NCBI GenBank assembly: GCA_002633005.1
Contig: NMRA01000140.1
Coordinates: forward strand, 620,001-684,000
Direction: 5' to 3'
Origin: Phoronis australis
Lineage: Eukaryota > Animalia > Phoronida
DNA: 64,000 bases
Both the position numbers and the translations under genes were made by a program. Position 1 is the first letter of the stretch, and each line of letters starts with the position of its first letter. A model generated the notes under the pieces. That model was not told where the DNA came from, made no database searches, and saw only the letters and a list, made by a program, of their open reading frames with translations. This document shows positions 10,226 to 23,623 of this stretch, one piece after another.

Positions 10226-13200
10226 ATGTCGAAGCCCAGTATAGTTTTGCATTGCAGTGCTGCTGACGAACCAAGCACAGGTTGGCCGAAGTTTGCTGTA
10301 GCCGTTTTTAAAGAGAAATTTGTCGTCGTCTGGTTGAAAGATGTCATAGCTAATCCCGACCTGGGGAAGCGAGTCCAGGCTGCGGCTTATGTTCCACACA
10401 ACAAGGCATGCAACATTCCAAGTATTGAGGAATACTTAAGCCTGTTACCTAATCTACGGGTGAGGTACACATGTATTCGTTTTGAACTTTTGTTGAATAG
10501 TTTCGTGGTAAGAGCTGTTACAAGATGCCAAGTGCCGTCCCCGATCTTGCTATGTCTGGCAGCCCCGTCTTCGAGCCTCGATCTGAAGACGTCTGATCGG
10601 GTTTGTCGATCTGCTGTGCGTGAACTTGGAATCTTGCTTAGGCTCAAGATTGCGTATGCGTGAACGTGGAATACTCGAGGAAACATGACAAGTTGACTCA
10701 AACAACCACGTTCATATTGCATGTTAATGAATTAAGTAACGTAAATTTTAATCAGGCTTTTTCAACCATTCCTCCTATTCTTTGACACAGGCTACGATAA
10801 AGGAGAAAATGGGTGATCACCAGGGCAATAATTACAAAAATTCTGTACATTGAACAAAATTTTTTCCCGATTGCCCAAATCAATATTCAGTTCCAAGTTC
10901 ACGCATGCCGCGATCTTGAGATTAAGCAGGATTCCAGATTCACGCACAGTGCCATCTCGAGGCTTGTGTTCGAAGTTGCAAATCTCGCGATGCAGTGTTA
11001 CTTGACTGTGAGTTCCTCGTTCACTTTTTGTGGATAAAGTAAAACGCAAGTCTTCCCATGATATTGCCATGCATTACCGGGTTGTTTCGGGTCCAACCTT
11101 GTACACCTCAAAAAACGACTTAATTAGGCCAGAATTTTCTACATACTATGCAACAACGTGTAGATATTTCAAATCAGATCTCAGATTCTTCCTTTCATTC
11201 TGTAACTTTTTGAATGAGTAACGTTTCTCAGTGAAATATTGAAATGCGCTTACAAATCAAATTGCAAGTTAGTTTGGTGAAAAATCTGACACTAGATGGT
11301 CTTGATTTCGAGATGTTCACCAGATTCTAAAGCTAATAGAGGTTGGATCCGAGACTGCGCCGTGCACCAAGTAACAGTGATCATAGCAATAATAAATTGA
11401 CCAGGCAAATCGGGATGTTACGGAAGTTCAAAAAGTGCCATTTTGTAGTGAAGAAAAATATTTTATTTTCTAGCCGCCGGGAAATTAAGTAATGAAATAT
11501 TTTTCTTCACTTTAAAATGGCACTATTTCCTTGGAATATGAAGCCCCATGAAGCCAAACAAGTGTAGTTGGTTATGGTCTCTTTTTCTTTCTGAAAATCT
11601 CGTCTGTAGTGTAGCTTTTTAGTTGCCCAATTTTTCAAAAAAGAGAGTCCACCTGAGTGAGACGAGCAAAAACGGCAAGATTTGTTGTTTTGATTTTCAA
11701 AAAAATAAAATAAAAAAACACGAGACCTTGATAGGCGAACATATTGAGTCGGTGAGCGCAGATCTCAGAATGAGTTGGGGCAGAGACCACTGAGAACCAA
11801 ACATGTCTGTTTCGTCTAACTGGAGTCCGTTCCGTGAGATCAATTTTCGTGCGGGAAAAGCAACACCACGCAAGTCTTCGCAATGGACACCGCCGTGCAT
11901 AACATGTGACCACCGTAGTTTTATTTTCTGATCACTTTCTCCCGTATGGATTCCTGTAGGGAATTTCTTCCGGTTTGCCTGGCTAAAAACAAAAATAGAA
12001 TTAGACCGCTTGTTTTAATAAAATCGGTATCATAATATTCCACGGCAATAGGATTCTAGTTCATTGTTCAACAAGAACATCGGAACCATCGGCGACTCGA
12101 AAAAAAAGCTTCAGACTTTATTGCGGTTGGCTAACCTCGACATTGGGAATTCGTAAATGGCGCATGAGCACATTGCCTGTTAATTTGTTGGAATGGAAAT
12201 GAAATTTGAGATTTTGCGTAACTTGGAATGTTTTGATATTTTATGAGAGTAAAAAAGTTGTATTGGAATTTCGACTTCTGTTGGCTCTAACCCCTACGAA
12301 GCATATATTTTCTGAAGGTGAATCAATTTTCTTACAAAATTTACTATTCTTATTTACTTGTCTTTACTTTTTCACGAGAAATGGGTTTTTCAGTTAAAAA
12401 CTTTCTTTGACTTTGAACAGAGATTTTACAAATGTAGTATTCTCTTTTTTCCGATTTTCGGATGGCAGCACTTCCGGTTACACGGGTGACAAATGATCTA
12501 TGACCTTTGACTGACAGGAAAATGACGCCATTTCTAGTTATACTTTTGACCTTTGACCTATTATCTGTGACCTATGACCGAGGTCCATCTAAAACAGGTC
12601 ACGGGAACTACTTGCTATACCAACGTCTCGGTCTTTGCAAGAAAGTTGTACAAAAGTCATTGCTAGTTAAGCACGTACTAGTATAATGATTAAATGTGAT
12701 TTTAGACTAGAAATTTACCTCACATTGACTTTGCCACATTCATTTATTAGTGCTAAGGGAAGACTACTGTGGTATAATCATAATCTGATGGTTGAAAAAG
12801 GTCGCTATGGGAACAAAGCTTTTATAAATGGAATTGACGTGTCACAGCTGCCGTTACGTCTAATTTAAAAGCTAATGTGTTGTAAATACAATGCCATTCA
12901 ACTTGCTAAAATATATTTTCCATGTTTTTAAATTCGTGTAATCTGTTGTATACTGTCAGCTAAAGGTAAAGTATAGATGTACATGTACATATATGCATGC
13001 ATACATACTAACATAGATACATACAAACGTGCATGCATACATACAAAAATAAAATTTTGTCCGGTTTTCTTGCAGGTCGAAATTAATACCTTGAACACGA
13101 AAACCAATTTAATATACATGTGCAATTGACTTCCATCACAATATTCAATCCAATGTCTAAAAAGTCTGGTGTTCCTGACCTTCATGTCCCAGCTGGCGTT

Positions 13201-16200
13201 TTAAAATTTATTTTCTTAATATGGTATAAAACTTTGTAAAGTGGGTCCATCTCGTACTTTATTATTTGAAATTGGTGACTGATGACGACAGAAAGTCCTG
13301 TCTCCCATATCTTGTGATATTGTGATTTTTTTTCTCGTAGTACTTATTTTTGTTCTTTTGTGTTAAAAATGACAGTGCTCAGCAAGAGAAAATTATTCGT
13401 ACTATTGTACAATAATGTGAATTAGCAACGAGGAAGATTAGATTGCGAAAACGTTTTGGCAGTAATTAAACTTAGCCATGTTTGAGTTTCATGTCCATGT
13501 AGAATCCTGGAAATAATCGTTATTTTGTAATATGTTGCCGGTAAAGCTGGCCTCGTTATTTAGACTGTGTGTATGAGTGACAAAGCTCTTTTATTGCAGG
13601 TTATTTCTAACTACTGCGTGGGGATGGACCACTGGTTGGAGTTTTACCCGGAATTAGAAAAAAGGGGCATCGTGACTACAAATCTAAAAACACCCAAAGT
13701 GTTACACGACGCAACAGCCGATATGGCTATGTGTCTGATGCTTGCCGCAGCCCGCGATCTGCGCGGAGGTTTGTACCGAGATTTTATATTGGAGGTGTTC
13801 AATGGAAAATATTTTCATGCAAGAAATCAGCTTAATACAGCGTTGGCTGTGAGTTGATGAATTGAAATTTCACTTCTGCCATAATGGGTGCATGAACTGT
13901 GGACGCAAAGATTTGCCAGTGAACACCAAATGAATACATTTTTTGTTGGTCACTGCCGTTGTCGACTTTTGACATTTCTCTATCATTTGGGATAATCACT
14001 CATTGATGACTTGCATGGAGATGGGTGTTGTCAGCGGTTAAAGACTGAAAACCTTTTACTGACGATTTCATGTGAGGCTGGTTCCGTCAGGATTATTACG
14101 TCCCGTGAAAGATAATAGGTGCAACACGATTTTATGTGTTATTACAGAGTGAATGTGAATTCTGTGATTTGGCACGATATAGGGCAGAATGAGAAAACTG
14201 GCAACGTGCGCTCATAAGTTGTGCTTCATCGAAAAAGCATTCTTGTATGCAAATTATGTCTCAAAGCATGGTTTAAAGACGTTGTTGAAGTTTCATTACA
14301 TCTGCAATGCTTCCAACAGTGTAAGCATTGGTTAGTCGCTTCACCAATTCTGCGATTTCTTCAGGTATTATGGAAGCGATGGGCCCAACACCAGTTGCCA
14401 ACTTTAATGAATATCCCTCCGTCCATCGTGACGTCAGCTTTGGTGTTTTGGGAATTTTCGGCATGGGAAGCATTGGTTATAAGGTGGCGCAACGAGCGAA
14501 AGGCTTTCACATGAAGATACTCTACCACAACAGAACTAGAAGGTATTGCTACAAGATATCAGACTGTCAGGTTCTTGTGCGCTCACTTTAATTTTTCAAG
14601 TACTGTTCTTGTGAGGATGACTGGATTTTTACCCTGGAGTGGCGCAAACTCTTTCGTCCTCTAAAATCGCTTCCTTGAGAGGGAAGATTCCCCAATGTCG
14701 TTTGCAATTGATCGTGGACACATGAGAGACTTTTAAGTATTCGTCGTTTTTCTTACATGTATCTAACCATTGCTTTGCAAATCAACATCTATTTAGGGTT
14801 TACAGTGTACGTCCCACACAACATCTAACAATACTTTAAGATCGCCTAGGCCAGGCTTCGTTTTTTATGAAATTTAATAAATAGCTTTCTATTAAAAAGG
14901 ATGTCATGATGGATTTGACGTATTTTGCGCCATCTAGTGGCCATTTTTATGATACAAATAAACACCCCTAGAAGCACTGTTTGCGTTGCATTCATGGGCG
15001 CATTTGAACGCTCTGCGTTGCTCTTGTCGTCTAAGTTTTCATTTATTTATTTAAACTTAAATGAAATATAAATTACTAGATGCAAGACTTTAAAACGGCT
15101 GTAATTCATTTTGATTTACTGAGACAACGTACGCTTGTGAAATTGACATCAAATATTGTTCCTTTGTCAAAATTAGACGGAATTTCTGGGTTTCATCAGT
15201 ACAGCAGTTGTTTCAAAACTGTCATGGATGATGATTTAATCATCCTCCCTTCTGTTCACGTGTCCTTCACATGCGCGCACCCAGCCTAAAATTGTGGGGG
15301 GGGGGCTCGAATTTTTGGCAATGTGGACCTTTTACTAAAAACAAGATGCGTTCAGTGCTGTGAATTGTGCGTTCGCCGAATTTTGGTAGTTCCTGCTTTT
15401 TAGTGGACTTTTGTCTCGTTTTCTCGGACTTTTTGTTTCTCTGAGGCGGACCTTTTTGCCCTCTTCGCCAAATGGGGGGGGGCTCGTTTAAGCTTCCCTA
15501 GCCCCCCGGGTGGGCGTATGCTTCACAAGAATTTGTAATCCCAAATCAGTTAAGAACTCTCATTAAAAGCAACTTCGAAAATGACTCCTTCGTCTGTTCC
15601 GTTTCCGCCAAAAGGGTGCCTCAAAGACTTGAATCTCTCGTTTCCAAATGGCACACAAATAAGAACAAGTCCAGTACGTAAACTTTTGACGTCTTAAATC
15701 ACGACATTCATTTCAGGCAGAGATACTGTTGAAAAAATGGCGCGAGGAACAATATATTTTTCTGGAACATGTGGATATTTCCGTACACACTGCCGAATTC
15801 TTCTGACCCGACGTTTTCAGTGTTGCTTAGCACCTGTTACTGTATTTTGGTTCATTTAAGCCTCGCATCTACCAAAGGTAACGCTTTGGTTTGGAAAATT
15901 TAGGCAAACTTGTGTTCCAACTTTAAAGTGGTAATTACCTTCCATGGTGGCTGTACAGTACGACCCATCGGGATAGTCCTAGTTGAAAACAGACCTTGTC
16001 TACTACCAGTGCTGTAGTGGTAAAATTAGGTTTAAGTGGGCGCTCAATGCCCACTGTATCACCTTGAGCACTGAATTTTAAAAGTGCACTGACTTCGCAC
16101 TATAACGTAACTTACGGCGTGTAGGCTCTACGTTTAAATGCTAAAAGGTAGTTGTCTGCGCTTACGTGCGCCCAAGCCCCACTACAGTACTGTGTACGAC

Positions 16201-18408
16201 ATTCGCCACAGACAGACAACAAAGGGTGGATTAGTGAGCCGAGCGAAAATTTCGAGACGACCGGAAGGTGCGAATCTGTGGTAGGGAAACTAGTGTCGTG
16301 AGGGCGGGAGCAAAACCGCTTGCAATCACGGGATGTGTGGCCTGGTACTAGTGTCGACTTCAATGACGAGAGGTGTGCTCACATTTCCTTCGCTCTTCAC
16401 TACAGGAAACTCCCCTACGCTTATGTCCCTTTTTAATTTAAGGGTGTACGTCGCATCTCCCTCCTCGACTGCTCAAGTGTCCCTTCCCACCAAGCCGTTG
16501 TTCAAGACGACTCTCGATTTTATCCAGATGTACTGTCTGGCCTTTTTATGTTTGGAGTTTCACATCCCCGTGCCGTGGCGGAAACGCTTGCGGTAGTCAT
16601 CATTCTGTTCAAATTTGCAGATAGTTGTTAATTAAACTCTTGTGCCAGCGAGCTAGCTAGGGAACTATACAAGATTGGTGTATGTTTTCAGATCATTAAC
16701 TCTACCACTTTTCAGTGACTCTTTTCATATGTAAAAGAACAAAAGGTTTCCATGTGTTATCATATTTTGTGTTTAGGGGCTAATAAAAGTCTTTAGATGT
16801 TTTACCCCGAGCCTTGTGTCCACGTTATCAGCGTTAAATGGGTCGTGGTCGAAGCAATTTTCAATCGTCTTTCGAAAACGCTGACAATTGGGCAACTAAA
16901 CTTTTATTTTCACGTAGCTCTCATGCGCGCACACAGCCTAAAATAAATGGGTCTCGAATTTTTGACAAGGTATACCTTTTACTAACAAAAAACGCGGGGA
17001 ACAAAAAACGGGGTAGCACGTTCAGAGCTATGAATTGTGCATTCGCGCCTTTTTAGTGCACTTTTGTCCCGTTTCCTCGCACTTCATTCTCTGAAGAGAG
17101 CCTTTTTGCTCCCCGGGGGTGCGTTGGTGGTTCTAAATACATGTTGACCGATCTCTCAGAGTTGATCCATTTTTTCTCACAGGTCGACGGCGGACGAAGA
17201 AGTTGTTGGCGCCTCCTATTATGCCGATCTATACGAAATGCTGAGGGAAGTCGATTTTCTCGTTATCGCTTGCCCTTTGACAGATAGTACTCGCTACAAA
17301 TTTGGAAGTGAAGAGTTCGACTGCATGAAACCTACAGCAATTGTGGTGAACGTTGCACGGGGTGTGTGTCTACCGTATTGCCGTCTCTGTCGTGCTAACT
17401 CCATGAAATGCACTGAACCTATATGACATACAGTGCACATCCTAGACATATTGATCTGAAGCTAATGTTGAAAATTTCGATGTTTTGAAAAAGCCTATGA
17501 AACACTCTCATTCCCTGAGTTTCCTTTTTAAAGTAACATCCTGTAAAAAAAATCAAAACACTGATGGCAAAAAACTTATTGGGCCTTAGTAGTTTTATTT
17601 TTGTGGCTTACACCCAACCTGCAACTATAATGGGCAGCAAAAACTGTGAAGCTTAGTCAAGCTGATGCACGTGGTTGTTAGGTCAATGATGTATCACTTT
17701 TGTCTGTGTTAGTTTGCTGCTGATACGGAAAGCCGTGTCCATTTTAACAGAACACGAAGGACTACTATTGAGGCCTGAAAAGCAAAGTTGGCCGTGTGAC
17801 CTGCGCTCAGACTGAAATAAAACAACGCCCACCCGCATCAATTTGAGCCAGTCTCATGTGTTTTTTGAAAAGCTGCACAAGGGCACCTAAACAAAAGTAA
17901 GCAAGGTTTGGAATGCCATGATTGTCCAACCGATTAGTAAACAAATCAAACAAATACCGCACCATCTCTACTCGTCGCAGATGGATTTTCTTTTTCGAAA
18001 GTCAGGAACTAAAAGATGTCGCAGTACCAACTCGATTTTCATAAAAAAAAGTCCGTAACCAAGCGTGTTTTTGACCTGGTAGAGCAAATGGTGCGGTAGA
18101 GTTTTGAAGACTGCTTAGGGCTGTCGTATACACTCATCTATCTAACGTTTGCAGGGGCAGTAATCAAAACGGATGATTTGGTGTCTGCATTGGAAAATAA
18201 GAAGATTCTTGCCGCTGGTCTTGATGTGACTGATCCGGAGCCGTTGCCAAGGGACCATCCTTTACTGAAACTGCCAAATGTGATTATTTCACCGCACTCG
18301 GGGACCAGGACTGCAGAAACGTGTTCTCGAATGACCCGACTCGTCATGGAAAACGCTTTGGCTATAGTCGAGGGTCGAACCACGGAAAACGTATGGCGAC
18401 CGTCTTAG
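10226..18408 (+). CDS. Glyoxylate reductase/hydroxypyruvate reductase-like D-isomer-specific 2-hydroxyacid dehydrogenase, complete, 5 exons
   Basis: Exons 10226-10459, 13600-13768, 14365-14542, 17183-17361 and 18155-18408 join in frame via GT/AG. Motifs: LPNLRVISNYCVGMDH, ATADMAMCLMLAAAR, Rossmann GIFGMGSIG, YHNRTR, VNVARG (Arg), LDVTDPEP (Glu), SPHSG (His). AATAAA at ~18543. Confidence 0.93.
10614..10949. repeat. ~58-bp inverted repeat in intron 1 of the dehydrogenase
   Basis: 10614-10671 pairs with 10891-10949; each arm has an internal TGCGTGAAC(T/G)TGGAA-type duplication. Confidence 0.8.
11433..11524. repeat. ~34-bp-arm hairpin/inverted repeat
   Basis: AGTGCCATTTTGTAGTGAAGAAAAATATTTTATT vs AATGAAATATTTTTCTTCACTTTAAAATGGCACT. 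Confidence 0.8.
12978..13044. repeat. Degenerate (TACA/CATG)n microsatellite
   Basis: atgtacatgtacatatatgcatgcatacatac... tract. Confidence 0.7.
15270..15520. mobile_element. MITE family A, full copy in opposite orientation
   Basis: CATGCGCGCACCCAG...CGGGTGGGCGTATG with 5-bp TSD CTTCA on both sides. Confidence 0.88.
16007..16192. mobile_element. hAT-like MITE
   Basis: TIR CAGTGCTGTAGTGG...CCACTACAGTACTG; flanks TCTACTAC/TGTACGAC match at 6 of 8 positions (degenerate 8-bp TSD). Confidence 0.65.
16922..17123. mobile_element. MITE family A, degenerate copy
   Basis: Starts CATGCGCGCACACAGCCTAAAAT and is colinear with the 15270 copy; right end decayed. Confidence 0.75.
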
Positions 18409-19085
18409 AGCCATGTTTGATCCCACGAGGGAATTCAATGTAATTTTTCAATGGCAACAGTTCGTTTATCCTAAGATTTCATACGATTTTATTAGGAGTC
18501 TAGATTGAGAGTGATCCCAGCGGGGAAGGGTGGTAATAGTAAAATAAATCTCTAGAATTAATGAGTGCATGTAAGAATCTCACATTTGTCTGTTCTGACC
18601 AGCACTGATTTGCATCATGTTGATGAAGGAAGATAAAAAAAACACCTTCTCCGTTGAAACTGATTTGGTTCCGGAAGCTCCAGGTCCTATTTCAAATCGC
18701 ATCTGTAATTCTCTAGACCCGCAAAGCGTTAACCGTGGTTCCTCTCAACAGAAAGTGGATGTCGTTGAGGGATGAAATGTTGGTTTGATGGTTAACGGGT
18801 CTTTGCATTCGTGCAAGTGTGATGCAGTTGTATAATTGTAAAACACGAATTTTACAGACGTGAGCGTTGGAAAACGTTTTGACCGTGCTCAAATTTCACG
18901 GCGACTACTCGCGTGGTCGGGTCTCTCAGTTTTCCCGAAAGTTAACCGTATTTAAACTTTGAAAAATCCTCATGCGTAATTTATAATACCGGGCAATGAC
19001 CTTCGTTTAAATTATTACCTGCAACTGATTATCACTATTCAAGCACACACATTCCGCGCTCGGACTGGAAAATTCGCCTGCCCCG

Positions 19086-19406
19086 TGTTGATGATTGGTG
19101 AGATATTGCGCACGAACGGGACTTAATGGTCAGGATAATATGCCGGTTAATAGAAGAACACCATGTTTCTGTACAAGAAACTATCTCTCAGACTGTTTAA
19201 TTATATGATCGCATTAATATATATACACAAGTAGCTTGCCCATATAAGGCAAGATATAGCAAAACTGCATTCCAAGACTATAGCATTCCACTAATTACCT
19301 CTTATACAACTATTTCTTATGCAATTCTTATACAACAATCTCTTATGCAATTCTTATACAATTTCTTGTGTAATTTATAATACATCATGGAGATCATCCT
19401 CCAACA
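19086..19406 (-). repeat. 3' LTR (321 bp)
   Basis: Termini TGTTG...CAACA; preceded on the minus strand by PPT AAGTGGGGG (19407-19415); matches 23603-23759. Confidence 0.9.
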
Positions 19407-19540
19407 CCCCCACTTGATCTACACTGTCCTCAACATGCATATAAGGAAATTCAAATAGATATCCTAGATGCAACACCCACAGTTATTACATATAGTACCA
19501 TACTTACAAGACATAACATACAGTTTTACAAATACACAGC

Positions 19541-22500
19541 TTAACTACCCATGAAGATTTGTCTAAACTTCATAGCTTTGTCACCTGGGACAGGCTTTGT
19601 GAATAAATCAGCAATATTCTGATCAGTGGGTACATATTCAATTTTCATAGAATTTTTCTGTATTTCATCTCTGACAAAATGGTATCTAATATCAATATGC
19701 TTAGACCTCTGATGCACAACGGGGTTTTTGGTCAGTGCAAGAGCACTCTGACTGTCACAGTACATACTGAAATGTTGTACTCTACAACCACTCATATCCT
19801 GTAATAACGCTTTCAAGAAAATACCTTCCTGTGTTGCAGCCGATATTGACATGTATTCTGCTTCACAAGTCGAAAGAGCGACCGTAGGTTATTTTCTCGT
19901 TTTCCACGATATCAGTGGACCCTGATCAGACAACACAAAACCATAACCGGTCATACTTTTTCTATCCTCACAGTTTGCCCAATCTGCATCACAGAATCCA
20001 AGCAGTTTAAGAGTGTCAGATGATTTTCGAAACACTAGTTTCTTATCGATCGTGCTTTTCACATACCTAAGTGCATGTTTTGCTGTGGTCATGTGATTAG
20101 AGGTAGGTGATGACATGTACTGAGATAGTTTGGAGACAACGTAGCACAAGTCGGGTCTTGTTGCTATCATGGCATAAATTAGGCTTCCTACTATCTCCCG
20201 ATAAAGCTTAGCATCAGCTGGCTCAGCCTGCTCCCAACAGAGCTTGTTTATATTCATGTCACATGGAGTGGATTTTGGTTTGCAATCTTGCATTCCAAAC
20301 TTTTCCAATACTCTCTTCAAATATTGAGAGTGACTCATAGTAATGGCACCTTCATGGTGTTCAAATTCTATACCGAGAAACCAGGAAATCCGGCCGAGAT
20401 CTTTCATTCTGAAAATCTCTTTTAAGCGTTGTTTCACATTTTCAAGACTGGAGGTAGAACTAGCAGCTATGATGATGTCATCTACCCACGTAACGATAAT
20501 GACCACTTCACTGTCGGAAATTTTAGTGTAAACACATGGATCTACCAGTGACCGACAGAAACCCTGTTCAACCAAATGTGAATGAAGCAAATTATTCCAA
20601 TTTCTCCCACTTTGTTTCAGGCCATACAATGATTTCTTCAACTTGTACACTAAGTTTTCACCAGTTTCCCTTTTTACCTCATAACCTTCTGGTTGTTCAA
20701 CATATAATTCACAATCAATGGGCGCGTTCAGATATGCTGATTTTACATCCATCTGGTGTACAAAGAAATCATTCTGGACAGCTAATTGCACCAACGTCCT
20801 AATGGAAGTATGTCTTGCAGTAGGGGCAAAGGTGTCATGGTAATCAATGTTTGGTATCTGAGAGAAACCTTTTGCGACAAATCTAGCTTTGTAATGTTCT
20901 TCGTTGTTTTGTCCTAACTTTACAGCATAAACCCATTCTCCCCCCCACTGCTTTCCTGCCTGGAGGTAAGACAGTTAGCTCAAAAGTATCATTGTCGTTC
21001 AAAGCATCAATTTCTGCTTCCATTGCCTGTTGCCAATCATAAGACCTGCTACAAGTAACAGCTTCCCGATATGATTGTGGAACACTTGCAATGTGATAAC
21101 ACCCATGTACAGTGTAATTCAAACTGTCATCTATTTAATTAGCTCATTGACATCATTTCCAAAAACATAATCCTTGTGCCATATGGGGTGTGACTTAATT
21201 CGATTAGGGTATCTTCTGCCACTTTCACGTGGCTGTTTAGTTTGGGCATTCTCACCTGGGGGCATATTATCTGGTTGAGGTTCAATTATAGGCTTACCGT
21301 TTGCAAACAAACAGTCATCTTCTGGCCCATCAGGATCACGCACTTGTTTGTTTTGAAGTAGGTTGGGCTCATTTGTGAACTTAACACATCTGACTTTTCT
21401 TATGATCTGGTTTGCTGGGACATAAACCAGATATGAAGGGCTACCCTTGTCATACCCTACAAAAATGCCTTTTTCAATTCTATCATCCAATTTCTTTGGG
21501 TTTTGCATTAAGGCATAACATGTACTACCAAATTTCTGCATATGGGAAATATTTGGCTTGAAACCAGTAAATGACTCAAATGGGGTACATTTTCTTCTCG
21601 AATTGTAGCACCTGTTTCGCGTGTAGCAAGCCGTCATTAGTGCGTAAGTCCACATGGACTTGGGTACACCTGCCTGCACTAGAAGGCACCTTGCTGATTC
21701 GAACAGTGTTCTCCAGGAACGTTCGACCGTACCATTTTGGTGGGGTGAATAGGGGGCTGAGCATTCATGCTTAATTTTATTCTTTATGAGAAGTGATTCA
21801 AAGGCTTCGGATGTAAACTCGCCCCCCTGGTCACTCCTGATTCGCTTAACTGTGCCATAAGGGCTAATTTCGCAAGGAATTTTTCCGTTGCCCTTACTGT
21901 GTCACTTTTCTGCTTCAAAAAGTAGATCATGATCAATCCAGAAAAATCATAGACACAACCAAGAACGTATCTAAAACCTTCCCTTGCTGGGGGATCAACA
22001 GGACCCGCCAAGTCAAAATGGACCAGCTCCAAAATTGATGTTGCTCGTTTGTCTGGGGTTCTGTTGAAACTCTGGGTCATTTTACCAATGAGGCATGGAC
22101 CACAGTCAAATTCCTTTTTGTCTAACAATGTCATGCCCTCAACAACATCGTGTAATTTCAAGACATCCTTAGTATTGCAATGCCCTAAAATTTCATGCCA
22201 CTCCTTAAGAGTGTGTTTGGCTGATTTTTGAGAAAACACACTATTTAAGATACAATTTGCCACGTTTCCTGATCTGAAACTCTGTACCATTCGCCGTCAA
22301 CGTAGCTGAATCTTTGCTAAACTCAACCTTAGCACCCCTATCAACAGCTGATTGGACCGAGAAGATATTCTGGGAAAATGATGGGACACATAATGCATCC
22401 TTCAACATGCATTTATGGAGAGCACCCTTCCCATCGATAAGATCTATACATGCGTCACCCCTTTTGAGAGCTAAATTATTGGTCCTACTGCCGTCTGCCA

Positions 22501-23623
22501 ACTCTAGGTAATGACGCGCGGGATCAAAATTTTGACGAAATGAGGTAAACTTTGACTCATCATTGACAATATGGGTAGAGGCGCCACAGTCAACCAACAA
22601 GTCGTTGGCCTCACCAGCAATAGACTGGGTGGCATCAATCATGCTAACTTTGAAAACAAAAGAATGCGACTTACTCTCAGAGGTGTCACCACAGGTATTG
22701 TCTCCCTCCCGCTCACATTTTACAGTAGGCTGACAATTATGACATGCATCATTACTACCAACATGATGTCTGGGATTGTCCCCAGGACCAGTGTCTGTTT
22801 GCATCACCAACTTGGCACTGTCCTTGGTCTTATTTGTCGTCATCCCTCTTCGGCACACCGCAGTTGAATGGGTAGAGTTTTTACAATTCTCGCACCACTT
22901 TTTGGGCTTCTTGCACTCTGACGCCTTGTGTCCCTTCGTACCACATATGTAACATGTACCTTGAAAGCCGCCTCTGTATGCCCCACCTGGATACGTCTGT
23001 TTAGGCCATTTGCTGTCAACTTTCCATACGGTATGGGTACCAGACTCGTGGACCTTTTCAGTGTCCTCAAAATTTCGCAGGGCTACTTTAAACTCTGCAA
23101 AAGTGAGGGCGGTCTCCTTTTGTGTGATGACTGCCGTGAAGGGTTTGAATTGCGCCGATAGTCCTTTTAATACCAGGGCCACCAGAAGACTATCACTGAT
23201 TGTCTCACCAGTCTCTTTTAAAGCCGCAGCAATGTTCTCTGTCCTGATAATATAATCAGTAACCGACTCCGTCGAGTCCTTGCTTAGGGAGGTCAGTTCA
23301 GTATACAGCGTGATGATCCTCGGTTTCCCTTTAGGCTGGTAGTGTTCCTTTAAAATTTTGAAAGCTTTCCTTCCATCATCTATCGCGTCCTTCATAATCA
23401 GCGATAGGCTGCGATCATCTATATACTGAACTAGCTCCGCAAACGCTTCGGCATTTTTGTTGGCATCCACTGTCTTAGACTCAGAAGCTGTGATTATGTC
23501 GTACAGTTTCTGGAGTCTCATGTGTCCCAAGAAACGCACCTGCCATAAGTCAAATTTTCTTTCATCGCCGTCAAACAGTAAGCACTTCCTGGGCCCATAA
23601 CCTGTTGATGATTGGTGAGACAT
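19541..23623 (-). pseudogene. Copia gag-pol polyprotein broken by several frameshifts/stops
   Basis: Gag with two Zn knuckles (CYICGTKGHKASEC, CENCKNSTHSTAVC); protease VDCGASTH; IN WHEILGH..CGPC, HFDLAGP, RSDQGGEF, NGTVER, GIFVGY; RT QMDVKSAYLN, LYGLKQSGRNW, WVDD; RNase H CDADW, STCEAEY, CDSQSA, ADLFTK. Split across at least 7 ORF pieces. Confidence 0.93.
23589..23602 (-). other. Primer binding site GGTTATGGGCCCAG (Drosophila copia-type, internal tRNA-iMet)
   Basis: Directly abuts the LTR end CAACA and matches the known copia-type PBS. Confidence 0.85.

Noticed and set aside
13270-13310. Second hammerhead candidate (CTGATGACGACAGAAAG)
   Set aside because: No convincing stem II, stem III or stem I.
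22241-22290. Programmed frameshift in the Copia element
   Set aside because: The break falls after the protease, has no obvious slippery site and is one of several lesions, so it is better explained by decay or sequencing error.
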